64,000 bases of DNA from an uncultured Chloroflexia bacterium (GTDB lineage Bacteria > Chloroflexota > UBA6077 > JACCZL01): the NCBI GenBank assembly GCA_963765765.1, contig CAVXYC010000018.1, positions 128,001 through 192,000 on the forward strand. Reading direction: 5' to 3'. Positions 31,635 to 42,058 of the stretch are shown piece by piece. The notes beneath the pieces were generated by a model. That model was given only the letters and a program-made list of their open reading frames with translations. It ran no database searches and was not told where the DNA came from. Position 1 is the first letter of the stretch. Every line of letters starts with the position of its first letter. Position numbers and translations under genes: made by a program.

Positions 31635-33201
31635 TCAGCCTAAGGACTGGCCCCTCCCGTTAGTGAAGAAATTCACGTCGTCAGGGTTGATGAGGTCGGG
31701 CACGGTCCAGCCGTTAGTGTCGTACTCCGCCATGCACTTCTCCGCGAAGGCCTTGAATGCGGCCGTCTGTCCACTCTGGGTCGCGCCCATCAAGGCAGCC
31801 AGGCGCGTGTCCTCGTGGCTACCGGCGTAGTTCATCTCGTACAGCTCATGGCGACCGCCGAACTCCGTGCCGACCGCGTCCCAGAGCAAGCGCATGAGCT
31901 TGATGCGGTCGATGGCCTCGATGCCGTTGCTGCCGCGCAGGTACTTATCCAGATAGGGCCGTAGCTCCTCGACGCCCCAGTCCTGGACATGCGAGTTCTG
32001 ATAGATGAGTCCGCTGGCCACCACCTGATAGATGATGTGCTTAATCTTGGCGTAGATCTCCGGCCCGTAGACGCGGACCGTGGAGCCGTACTCCTGGTTG
32101 GGCAGCAAGTAGCCATCGCCCCAAGGAGTGGCCGCCTGGATCTGCGCGTCACTGAGCGCCCAACAGATGTTGCGCCAGACCACCACCTCGCCGATCTGGG
32201 CTTGCACGCCGCGAAACTCGTTTGTGCCGGCGATCTCCGTCGCCTTGAGCAGCAGGCCCAGAATGAAATCCAGCTTGACCGCCAGGCGCGTGATGGCCTG
32301 AAAGGTGAAGCGACCCAGAAAGCCTGAGTGGTGATAGAAGGAGTTGGCCTTCTCGAGGTCGCCGTAAACGAACACGTTCTCCCACGGAACCAGCACGTTG
32401 TCGAACACCATGATGGCGTCGTTCTCATCCATGCGGCTGGACAGCGGATAGTCGAACGGGCTGCCGATGACTGAAGCTTGGAGCTCATACGACGGTCGGC
32501 AAATGAGCTTGCAGCCCGGCGAGTCCATATCTGCCAGGAAGACGAGCGCGAACTCCTTCTTCTTGAGCGGTATTCCTCGGTGCGCGATGAAGTTCAGATG
32601 CGTGAGGGCGGAGCCGGTCGCCACTACCTTGGCACCGCTCACAATCAGCCCTGCGTCCGTTTCCTTTTCCACGTGCACATACACGTCAGCCACTTCATCA
32701 GGCGGGCGATTGCGATCTACCGGAGGGATGAACGATGGCGTGGTTCATGAATGGCATCTGCTCCTGCGAGATGCGATACCAGCGCCGCGCGTTCTCCTCG
32801 TACGGGGCATAGAAATCGGCGATACCACCGAGCGTGGCCATAAAGGAGGCTTTGTAGTCGGGAGTGCGGCCCATCCAGCCGAAACCGATTCGCTGCCATG
32901 CGGCAATCGCGTCACGCGAGGCCACGAGGTCCTCGCGTGTCCTCGGGGCCTTGAAGAACGGATGGGTGAAACCACCGTTGCCCGTATCGGTCTCGGTGGT
33001 GAGCACGGATTGCTGAGCAGGGTCGTGGAGGGCGTCATAGAGCCGAGCGATCATGCGTGCTGAGTTCCTGAAGGCGGGGTGCGTTGTGACGTCCTTCACC
33101 TTCTCACCGTAGATCCAGATCTCGCGCCCGTCCCTGAGGCTCTCGAGATACTCGTCGCCGGTGAATGGTCGCGTCACCGTTCGCGTGGTATCCAGGGCCA
33201 C
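31635..33201 (-). CDS. hpaB: 4-hydroxyphenylacetate 3-monooxygenase oxygenase component family (frameshift ~32720)
   Basis: [49 protein letters not shown]. Confidence 0.85.
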
Positions 33202-33363
33202 GTTGCCTCACCTCCCGGTTGCCCGCTGGGCATTAGAGCGCCATGCGTCTGCACCGAGGTTATACAGAGCCGCTCACTCTCCAGGACGCACATCAGGCGC
33301 CGGCACAGTTTGTGTCTATGTCTCCATCCAATATCGACCGGATCGGACGGTGCGGAGGATTAG

Positions 33364-33711
33364 ATGACACAACCAGGCGCCTCAGATCTCAATAAGCTCC
33401 AGAAGGGAGCGCTGGTACTGGGAACAGATCTGGAGATCGGAGCGCTGGAGGAAGTGAAGCCGGCCGAAGGATCACAAGGCGCGCGATTAATCGTGCGTCA
33501 CGGCTATGCCGATTACCTTCTCGCAATTCCCGCTGAGTCTATCAAGGACGCCGAGCCGACGCGTATTCATCTCAATCTTCGGCGTGAAGACGCCGAACGG
33601 CTGGTCTACGAGCAGGACGGGGACGCTGGGCCCGCAAATGCGAGCCCGGACAACAGCACCGTCATCGGCGCCCCGGAGCCAGAGCTGCCCGGCGGGCCGA
33701 GTACAGGTTAG
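33364..33711 (+). CDS. hypothetical protein (PRC-barrel-like)
   Basis: GGAGG RBS; pattern GALVLGTD.EIG...LIVRHG...IPAESI resembles PRC barrels. Confidence 0.5.
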   Translation: MTQPGASDLNKLQKGALVLGTDLEIGALEEVKPAEGSQGARLIVRHGYADYLLAIPAESIKDAEPTRIHLNLRREDAERLVYEQDGDAGPANASPDNSTVIGAPEPELPGGPSTG

Positions 33712-33769
33712 AGCACTTTCACCGTTGCTGCGTCCCGGGCAGAACCTCATCGGGCGCGGCAACACCCGC

Positions 33770-35020
33770 TTACGGCGACGTGACTTTGTAGATTCCGCCG
33801 GCAAGTGACAGCAGATACACTTCGCCGGCTTCGTCCTCGCCAAACGAGCTGATCTGATGGTCAGTATCCGCAAGCAGTCCGGACGTCCACTGGCCCGAGT
33901 TGTCACGACGGAGCATCCAGAACCGACCAGAGCAAAAATCTCCGAACAGATATGTGCCCTGGAGCGCAGGAGACTGGGCTCCCCGATACACGTAGCCGCC
34001 AGTTACCGAGCAATCTCCATCGGCGTGTGAATACTCCGCGATTGGGAGAATGAAGCCATCCGTTGAACAGCTTGCGTTCGCCGGATAGCAGTGCGAGCCC
34101 TCTGTGACGTTCCAACCGTAGTTCTCGCCGCCGGTGCTCGTGGCCGGTTGGAGATCGATCTCCTCATAGTCTCCCTGACCAACGTCCGCGATGTAGATCT
34201 CGTGCGTCAAGCGATCGAAGCTGAATCGCCACGGGTTACGCAGACCGTATGCCCACACCTGGCCGCCCTCCCCGCCGCGATCCGCGAACGGATTGCCTGG
34301 CGGGATCGCGTACGGGAGCCCTGGATCCGCACCGTTCACGTCGATGCGCAGTATTTTTGCGAGCATGGCCTGGGTCTTCTGCCCGTTACGATCTGGGTCT
34401 CCGGCGGCGCCGCCGTCTCCAGTACCGATATACAGGTATCCATCAGGCCCAAACGCAAGCATGCCGCCATTGTGGTTGTCGCGCGTGTCTGGAATCGCAA
34501 ACAGTATCGAACCGCTGTTGGGGTCAGCCACATTGGGGTCAGCGGACATGATGTATCGCGCTACAGTGTTGGCCTTATCGGTCGCCGTGTAATAGATGAA
34601 GAACTGGCCGTTGTTTGCGAAATTCGGGTGGAATGCAAGTCCCAACAAACCCTGTTCCGGTCCGGACGTTGTGATCAGCCCACGAACGTCAAGAAATGGC
34701 GTTGCCAACGTCTCTCCGTCCTGGACGATGCGGATTGTGCCGCCCCGTTCCACGACAAACACCCGGCCGCTGCCATCCCCAGCGTGCGTGAGGTAAACGG
34801 GCTGACGAAAGCCTCGCCCGAGCTCAACCAGGGATGTCTGAACCCCGGCAGAGGCGGCACCTCTTCCAGTTGGAACACTGATCGTGCTGGTCTGAGCCGA
34901 AGGCCGAGCTCCCGCACGACCGGGAATGACTCCGCAAGCCATGATGACAACGGCGATCATTGAAATGAGGGCGAGGATCCGCGTTGCCTGCCGCCGACTC
35001 TCTGGAGCTAACCGATTCAT
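33770..35020 (-). CDS. PQQ-dependent sugar dehydrogenase (GSDH family)
   Basis: EQGLLGLAFHP, NHNGG, GTGDGG, AYGLRNPWRFSFD, ENYGW. Confidence 0.9.
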   Translation of the reverse strand: MNRLAPESRRQATRILALISMIAVVIMACGVIPGRAGARPSAQTSTISVPTGRGAASAGVQTSLVELGRGFRQPVYLTHAGDGSGRVFVVERGGTIRIVQDGETLATPFLDVRGLITTSGPEQGLLGLAFHPNFANNGQFFIYYTATDKANTVARYIMSADPNVADPNSGSILFAIPDTRDNHNGGMLAFGPDGYLYIGTGDGGAAGDPDRNGQKTQAMLAKILRIDVNGADPGLPYAIPPGNPFADRGGEGGQVWAYGLRNPWRFSFDRLTHEIYIADVGQGDYEEIDLQPATSTGGENYGWNVTEGSHCYPANASCSTDGFILPIAEYSHADGDCSVTGGYVYRGAQSPALQGTYLFGDFCSGRFWMLRRDNSGQWTSGLLADTDHQISSFGEDEAGEVYLLSLAGGIYKVTSP

Positions 35021-35322
35021 GGAGTACTTACAGCATATACAGGTCGGGCTCAGCTCCAGCTAGAACGAGCCCGCGCCGCCACCCACGAATGACGGCCACG
35101 TCCCGCATGCATCCGTCACCGTGAACCGCACCGTCGTCGCCACTCCCCGGAGGAAAACAGCGATTCCGACCCGGCACCATTGCTTTGACGCATGCGCGTT
35201 GCACCTTCCAGCAGCGTGTTCGGTTCGGGGGCGAGCGTAGGGTTCACAAGGCCCCTGAGCTGAGTCCGACGCCGCTGGCTGATATATCCTGGCTTTGCAT
35301 TCGCACGAGGACTGTTGCCCCA

Positions 35323-35698
35323 ATGGAACGAATTTTCTTCATAATTGGATCCCTTCTGGCGTTCCTGGGCGTGGCGGCCGGTGCGTTTGGCGCACACGGC
35401 TTACGTGGACGTGTCTCGCCTGAGCTGATCGACGTATTCGAGACGGCCGCGCGCTACCATATCTATCACGCGCTGGGGCTCCTAGCCGTGGCTTGGGCAG
35501 TCTCGCGCTGGCCCGGCACGGCAACCACGGCCGCTGGATGGCTGTTCTTCAGCCGGCGTGGTGCTCTTCTCCGGCAGCCTCTATTTGATGACCTTCACCG
35601 GAATGCGCTGGCTCGGCGCGATCACCCCGCTCGGCGGAGTAGCCTTTCTGGCTGGTTGGGCCGCGTTGGCCTGGGCCGCCTGGCGCGGAACTGCATAG
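35323..35698 (+). CDS. DUF423 (YgdD/TMEM256) membrane protein (frameshift ~35550)
   Basis: [23 protein letters not shown]; FSGSLY...GAITPLGG in the shifted frame. Confidence 0.85.
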
Positions 35699-35743
35699 GT
35701 ACTCCACTAATTCGTCCTTTGCGTCCCTGCGGTCCCTTTAATC

Positions 35744-38700
35744 TCACCGGAAACTCTTCGCCGGCGGGATGGCGGGCAGGCGAGCTTTGGCCGCTTCTTC
35801 TCGGGGATCGTTACCTGGGCGGTCGCGTGACTCCAATGTCGGCAAGTCGCCCTCGCGTAGCGCTTCTATGTCGTCCACCAGGATGTTGATATTGCCGTCG
35901 CGGCACTGAAGGCGGCCGCGGACGATGACCATGGTCTCGCCACGAATGATCGGTCGCTTGCGCTCATAGAGCGGCGGACGAATGATCGCGTTGGCCATAC
36001 CCGTCTCGTCCTCCACCAGCAAGAACGTGAACCCCTGAGCGGTGCCCGGTCGCTGGCGGCACACCACCAGCCCGGCCACGCGCACCGGCCAGCCATCCGG
36101 TAACGCCTCCAGCTCCTCCGCTGAGACAATGTCGGACGGCAGCCGTGCCCGCATGAGCCCCAGAGGATGGAGTGACGGCGAGAGCCCCAGCGTGTGGTAA
36201 TCCGCCACCATGCGCTCCCACGCGGTCATCTCTGGCCGCTCGATCATGTCCTGTTCCGTGCCGAAACCGAGAGGGAGGTTGCGGGGCGTGCCTGGGGAAG
36301 CTTCCTCGCCCCCTGGGAGAGGGTTGGGGTGAGAGAAGCTCGATTGCTTCTTTCGCGAGGCCCTCACCCCAGCCCTCTCCCAGGGGGCGAGGGAGCTCTT
36401 CCGACTTGGCTGCGGCTTCTTTTCCCGCCTCGATTGCTCCAGCAGCCCGTACTGCCACAACAGCTCACGACGGTTGAGCTGGAACGAGGGAAACGCGCCC
36501 AGCAGAATGAGGTTCTCCATGGCCGGGCGCTTGATGTCATACGCCGCGGTACGGTGAACGAAATCCTCGAGATCTCTGAACGGCCCGTTCCGCTCCCGTT
36601 CCGCTACGATCAACGCACTCATCTCTGAATTCAGGCTCCGCACCCGATCCAGCCCCAGGCGAACCGCGGACAACGTCGAGTGATGAGTCATGAGTGATGA
36701 GTCATGAGTACGGTCATCTTTACTCATCACCCATGACTCATCACTCGACACCTGGTATGTCACCGTGCACTTCACGCCGCTCCGATTGATGTCCACCGGC
36801 AGCACGTGCACGCCGTGGCGGCGGCCGTCACCCACCAGCACGTGCGGCGCGTAGAAACCCATGGGCTGGTTGTTGAACAGGGCGCAGAGATACTCCGCTG
36901 GGTAGTGGTAGCGCAGCCAGGCGGATTGGAACGCCAGGATGGCAAAGGCCGCCGCGTGGCTTTTGGGGAAGCCAAATTCGGAGAAGCCCACCAGCTTGTC
37001 GAACACCTTGGTGGCGGTGGCTTCGTCCACATCGCGCTGTATGGCACCGTTCAGGAACTCCTCACGGAACGCCTGCATCGCTTCGGCAGAGCGCCGTCGG
37101 CTCATCGCTCTACGCAGGCCATCCGCTTGCCCTGAGCTGAAACCGGCCAACTCCTCGGCCACCTGCATCACTTGGTCCTGGAAGAGCACCACGCCCAGGG
37201 TGTCGCGCAGCACCTCCTTTAGAGAAGGGTGGTCCACCTCGTAATCCGTGGCGCCCTGCCGCTGCCGCTCACGCTGGCGGACGTAGGGATTTACCGCGCC
37301 CCCCACGATGGGCCCGGGCCGAACGATGGCCACCTCGATAGCCAGGTCATCCAGGTTGCGCGGCTGGGTGCGCGGCAGCATCTGAATCTGCGCACGACTC
37401 TCTATCTGAAACAGCCCCACGGTATCGCCCGCGCAGATCTGGTCATAGATCTTGGGGTCGTCGTAATCGATCCGAGTGAGATCCTCCACTCGTCCCGTGT
37501 GTTGCCAGATGAGCTCCAGGCATTCCTCCACCAGTGAGAGCATGCCCAGCGCCAGGAAGTCCACCTTGATGAAACGCGCGTCATCGCACGAATCTTTGTC
37601 CCACTGGCAGATGTAGCGACCCTCCATGGCCGCCGGCTGCACGGGCACCAGCTCGATAATCGGGCGCGATGAGATGATCATCCCGCCCACGTGCTGACTC
37701 ATGTGGCGCGGAAAGCCGGCAATCTGCCGGGCCAGCTCAATGAGGTGACGCCAGATGGGTACGTGCACCAGGTCCTTGAGATCCGGCAGCCGCTCCATCT
37801 CCTGCTCCACGGTAGCCGCGGAGCCCCACTCGCTCAGCTTGGCCAGCTTGTCCAACGTGGGCGCCGGCAAGCCCAGCACCTTGCCCAGATCCCGCACGGC
37901 GCTGCGAATGTGATACGTGGCAAAGCTGCACACCAGCGCCGCGTGGTCCTTACCGTAGTGCTCGTACACCCGCAGGATGAGCTGCTCCCGAATGTCTCGC
38001 GCAAAGTCGAGATCGATATCCGGGACGGAGTGCATCGCATCGTTGAGAAAACGCCCTAGAAACAGATTGTTCTTGACCGGATCCACCTGAGAGAGGCCAA
38101 TCAGGTAACAGACGATGGAGCTCACCGAAGAGCCGCGTCCCCGCCCGCAAGGCAGATTTGATTTGCCGCGCGCGGTATTGGATCCACCGCGGACGTCATT
38201 GGCCACTTCTCTGGCCATCTGCAGCAGATCGCGATACACGAGGAAAAACCCGGACAGCCCGTGGCGCTCAATAAGCCCCAGCTCCTCACGCAGCCGCCCC
38301 ACCGCGTCAACTCGTCCCGATGATCCTTCCGGATATTTCTCCTCCAGCGCCGCCCAGCAGTACTCACTCAACACCGCGTCTGCATCCGTGGCCATATCCT
38401 GCAGCGCGCCGATATTGGTGCCCGGAGCTTCATCAGAGGAGGCGCTCCCTCGCCCTTTGGGAGAGGGTTGGGGTGAGGGCCCTACGGTGGGGGATATCGA
38501 GCTTCCCTCACCCCAACCCTCTCCCAGGGGGCGAGGGAGACGCCTCCCCACCCCAGCCCTCCCCGTGCGCGGGGAGGGGGCCGGATTCTCCAGATTTCTC
38601 TGTCACAGCCCCCTCCCGGAGCAAATTTTCTCCATATCCGGCCCCCTCCCCGCGCACGGGGAGGGCTGGGGTGGGGTCGTCCCCTCCGTCGCATCAGTCC

Positions 38701-39714
38701 CCTGAGTCCCAGAGGCCCCATACACCCCGCCCGGCCGCACATCCCTCCGAAACTCCGGAAACCGATACCCGAGATCCTCAGTCAGATCAAACTCGCTGCA
38801 ACGCTCGGCAATCTCGCGGGTAGATTGAATGGCCTGAGGCAAATCGTGGAACCGTGCCGCCATCTCCGCCGGGGTCTGCAGAAAGAACTCACTGTTTGGT
38901 CGACGGAGCTGATGGGAGCCTTCCAATGTAGAGCGATGCTTGATGGCCACCATGGCGTCCTGCAGCCGGTGTCGGGCGCGCTCGTGATAGTGCACGTTGC
39001 CCGTGGCCACGATGTCCACATTCAGTCGCTCAGCCAGCTCCACCAGGCGCAGCACGCGACGCTCATCGCCCTTCACCAGATGACGCTGCAGCTCCAGATA
39101 CAGCGCGTGCCCGCCAAACAGATCGCGCAGCCAGCGACCGGCCGCTTCCGCCTCCGTCAGCCGCCCTTCATCGATAAGCTGGCACAGTAGCCCGTGTCGA
39201 CAGCCAGACAGCGCGATCAATCCGCGCGTGCGCCCCTCCAGCGCCGCCGCCGGCAGACACGGCGCCTTCGCCCCTGGGAGAGGGTTGGTGAGGGCTCTTT
39301 CCACCGAACGAGGCTGATTGCTCTTCCCTCACGCCAACCCGCTCCCAGGGCGAGCATGGAGCCTGACACATTGCGACGCTCCGGGTCGCACGCATCCGTC
39401 AGCAGCCGACACAGGTTGGCGTAGCCCTCGGGATTCTCGGCCAGCAGCGTCAGGTGGCAGCGTCGACCGGATACGTCAAGCGTCAGCTCCGCCCCGGTGA
39501 TCGGCTGGATCTCCACAATCTTTGCGTACTGGGCAAAGGCCATGGCGCCGGCAAGGTTGTCATGGTCGGTAATCGCCAGCGCCCGGTAGTCGAATTCGCA
39601 GGCGCTATTCATCAGCTCCTCGATCTGCGACGCGCCGTCCAGAAACGAGTACGCCGTGTGGAGATGCAGCTCTACATAGTGATGAGTAGTGAGTGATGAG
39701 TGATGAGTCACCAT
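35744..39714 (-). CDS. dnaE2: error-prone DNA polymerase III alpha (DnaE2/ImuC), with palindromic inserts and frame breaks
   Basis: YVELHLHTAYSFLDGAS, AITDHD, GRGSSVSS, PDIDLDF, PRHMSQHVGG, QWDKD, FGFPKSHAAAF, RQRPGTA, C-terminal KSFR. Confidence 0.9.
36303..36394. repeat. CCCTCACCCCAACCCTCTCCC-type palindromic doublet inside dnaE2 (in frame)
   Basis: Encodes SLAPWERAGVRA...SHPNPLPGGEE. Confidence 0.8.
36675..36749. repeat. heptamer hairpin (GAGTGAT/GAGTCAT) inside dnaE2
   Basis: gtcgagtgatgagtcatg pairs perfectly with catgactcatcactcgac. Confidence 0.8.
38446..38730. repeat. compound palindromic insert in dnaE2
   Basis: Two adjacent doublets (gggagagggttggggtgaggg; ccctccccgtgcgcggggaggg) plus ~9-mer repeats. 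Confidence 0.8.
39268..39353. repeat. palindromic doublet in the dnaE2 PHP domain
   Basis: tcgcccctgggagagggttggtgaggg...ccctcacgccaacccgctcccagggcga. Confidence 0.7.
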
Positions 39715-39773
39715 CGGCAAGGATCTCTACTCATTACTCATGACTCATTACTCATGACCCATTACTCATCACT
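39678..39773. repeat. heptamer hairpin spanning the dnaE2 start
   Basis: (gtgatga)n ... (tcattac/tcatgac)n. Confidence 0.8.
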
Positions 39774-39779
39774 GCGTCT

Positions 39780-40061
39780 TTAGCGCTGGGCGTACCACTG
39801 GCCGTCCACCAGGTCTTTGTAGATCTCCAGGCGCTTTCCGCCTTCCAGCAGCACGCCAAAATACAGCCGGCTCACCGGCCGATTTCGCCACCACTCGTCA
39901 TCAATGCGCCAGCGCTCCAGCACTTCAGCCACTCGGCGCCGGCTTCGCTGCCAGGTCACCGTTATCGGCGCGCCATCCTGATGCTCCACGCGAATTGCGT
40001 TCGGCTCGTTCAGAAATTGCAGTCGACCAGTGCCCAGCGACGCTCGGGAAAGCGTGACCAC
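39780..40061 (-). CDS. small conserved protein between imuB and dnaE2 (DUF6504-like)
   Basis: RVAEVLERWRIDDEWW...RLYF...IYKD...WY; GGAGG RBS; overlaps the imuB end. Confidence 0.7.
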   Translation of the reverse strand: MVTLSRASLGTGRLQFLNEPNAIRVEHQDGAPITVTWQRSRRRVAEVLERWRIDDEWWRNRPVSRLYFGVLLEGGKRLEIYKDLVDGQWYAQR

Positions 40062-41385
40062 GGCTCCACCTCCATGATTCGATACAGTTGTCCGGCCGGG
40101 GCATCGCCAAAGCGCATGCGTAGCTGGCGCGCGGCCTCGGCCACACCCGTAAGCTGCCGGCGACGACCGCTCCACAGCTCCTCCTGCATCACGCTGGCGC
40201 CCTGCTTCAGCACCAGCGTTACTCCTAGCTCTGCCACCGCGCCCTCCGGATGCGCATTGCCCAGCCGCCCACGCAGATGCTTCAGCGCCGTAGCAGCGCT
40301 GGCCACCGGCTCGCGCAGCGTGAAGGTGCGTTCCCAGGACGAGTGAGCAGAGGTGAGAGGTCGGAGGTCAGAGGTCAGGAATCGTCTCCGATCACCTCGC
40401 TCATCACTGACCTCTGACCTCTGACCTCTGACCTCTCGTCCTTCGCCCCACGCCCGCAATGTGATCTGCTCCACAGAACGGCCTCGCGTCACCGGCAGAC
40501 TGAAGGCGCGCACCAGCACACGCTCTAGCCCGGCCAGCAGCCCTTGAGAGCTCGCCACGGCGGATGGAAAGCGCAGCCGCGCCTCGGCCTTCAGCGCGCG
40601 AGCTCGGGGCTGGAACGGACGATCGTCCTGCCCGCACGCCAGCCTCCAGGCACGGCCGCCGGCCAGCGCCAAACTGTGCCTGTACCGGCCCCAGCGGCAA
40701 CCCTGAGAGGGCGCCCAGCGTATGGAGCCCCTGCTGCTGAAAGCTGCGCGCAAGGTCCGGCGTGACCGGCAGCAGCACCGCCGGCAACGGCGCCAGAAAC
40801 GACTTCTCCGCCCTCGCGGGCACAATGCTCACCTGCCCCGGGCTGTGCCTGCCGCGCCGCCGCCTCCGCCACAAACTTCCCCCGTGCCACCCCCAGCCGC
40901 GCCCGGAACATCGAGGGCACGGAGCGGAGGATGATCTGGAGATCGCTTTGCGAAGTGAAGAGTGAAGAGTGAAGAGTGAAAGACGGCAGTGTGGGTGGCT
41001 CATTCTCCACTCTTAACGCTTCACTCTTCACTTCCTTCCCCAGCGCCTCCACATCACAGAACACCACCCCCAGCCCGGCCGGCTCCACCGGGCCAATGAC
41101 CTTCTCCAGGTCATCCAGCACCTGCTCAAACCGCTGGGCGTAGAGCACCGGATCAGGCGGCACCATCACCAGCTCACGACACAGCGCCAGCGCCTCCCGA
41201 GCCGGCATGCCCGGGCGCACACCCACGGCCGCGGCCTCAGGAGAGCACTCCAGAATCTCGGGCCGTTGCCCCACGCCGGAGGTGAGCGCCAACGGCGCGC
41301 CGTCCTGCGCGGCATTACGCATCGTCTCCACACGCAGCGCAAAATGCGGCAGCAGGAGGCAGCCGATCATTTGCCTGGCCATCAC
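40010..41385 (-). CDS. imuB: Y-family polymerase-like ImuB (catalytic acids not conserved; 2 frameshifts)
   Basis: CSPEAAAVGVRPGMPAREALALC, KFVAEAAA, FLAPLP, GLHTLGAL; lacks DMDAF and SIDE motifs; upstream of dnaE2. Confidence 0.8.
40349..40436. repeat. heptamer hairpin (AGAGGTC/TGACCTC) inside imuB
   Basis: (tgacctc)x4 opposite (agaggtc)n. Confidence 0.8.
40952..41034. repeat. heptamer hairpin (GTGAAGA/TCTTCAC) inside imuB
   Basis: (gtgaaga)x3 opposite cttcactcttcacttc. Confidence 0.8.
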
Positions 41386-41422
41386 TCGTCCCCTCCAGCC
41401 GGGCCCTGGGGCCGCGGGCGTC

Positions 41423-41935
41423 CTACCCGTCCCCGGCTTTCCGGTGGGACGGGCGTCCCTGCCCGTCGCGGCCTGGAGGGCCGCCCCTCGAACACAGCGA
41501 GCGGTGACGGGGAGTACTGGAGGCGGGCTCGACGCCCGCGACGGGCAGGGACGCCCATCCCACCGGTGGAAAAGGAACGCTCCCCGGCCCTGCGGTACAG
41601 CCGTCCATCACTCGTCTCCCCGGAGCGTTCGTCCCGGCCGCCATGGACCCGCGCGAAGACCGCACCCGCACGCCGGCGGCAGAACGCCGCCCCGCGCTGA
41701 GCTGGGTGTCCACCGCGGCGTACAGTCCGCTGGCAGAAAGCCCCAGCGCCAGGCCGCGCATCACCGCGCCGGCCATCGTGATGCCGTCATCCGCCGCGAT
41801 GAGGCTGAGCGCCAGGCCCAATGCCAGCGCCATCGGAGCCGCCCACCGCGCGCTCAGCCCCGTACCCTTGGCCACCTCCACCAGCCCAATGATCACCGGT
41901 ACCACCAGCACACCGAAGAATTCCGTTGTATCCAC
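41423..41935 (-). CDS. phage holin-like membrane protein with repeat-derived C-terminal extension
   Basis: VPVIIGLVEVAK..GL.ARWAAPMALALG...GLALGLSASGLY pattern; about 3 TM segments. Confidence 0.7.
   Translation of the reverse strand: MDTTEFFGVLVVPVIIGLVEVAKGTGLSARWAAPMALALGLALSLIAADDGITMAGAVMRGLALGLSASGLYAAVDTQLSAGRRSAAGVRVRSSRGSMAAGTNAPGRRVMDGCTAGPGSVPFPPVGWASLPVAGVEPASSTPRHRSLCSRGGPPGRDGQGRPSHRKAGDG
41441..41566. repeat. REP-like doublet GTGGGACGGGCGTCCCTGCCCGTC
   Basis: ccggtgggacgggcgtccctgcccgtcgcg pairs with cgcgacgggcagggacgcccatcccaccgg. Confidence 0.8.
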
Positions 41936-41952
41936 AACCGTCCCCCTGACGG

Positions 41953-42051
41953 GAGTTAAGAGTGAAAAGTTAAGAGTGAAATTGAGATTGTCGAAATCAA
42001 ATCAGCTTCCCCAGTGCCATTCTTAACTCTTAACTTTTTCACTCTTAACTC
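41953..42051. repeat. heptamer hairpin (GTTAAGA/TCTTAAC), intergenic
   Basis: gagttaagagtgaaaa pairs with ttttcactcttaactc. Confidence 0.8.
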
Positions 42052-42058
42052 AACCTCC

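Noticed and set aside
35161-35179. tRNA-3'-like cgattccgacccggcacca as a possible att site
   Set aside because: It lacks GTTCG and a cloverleaf, and I found no second copy at the other end of the phage-like block.
5633-35698. Programmed ribosomal frameshifting in split genes
   Set aside because: Breaks are scattered across unrelated genes, several at short homopolymers; sequencing error is more parsimonious.
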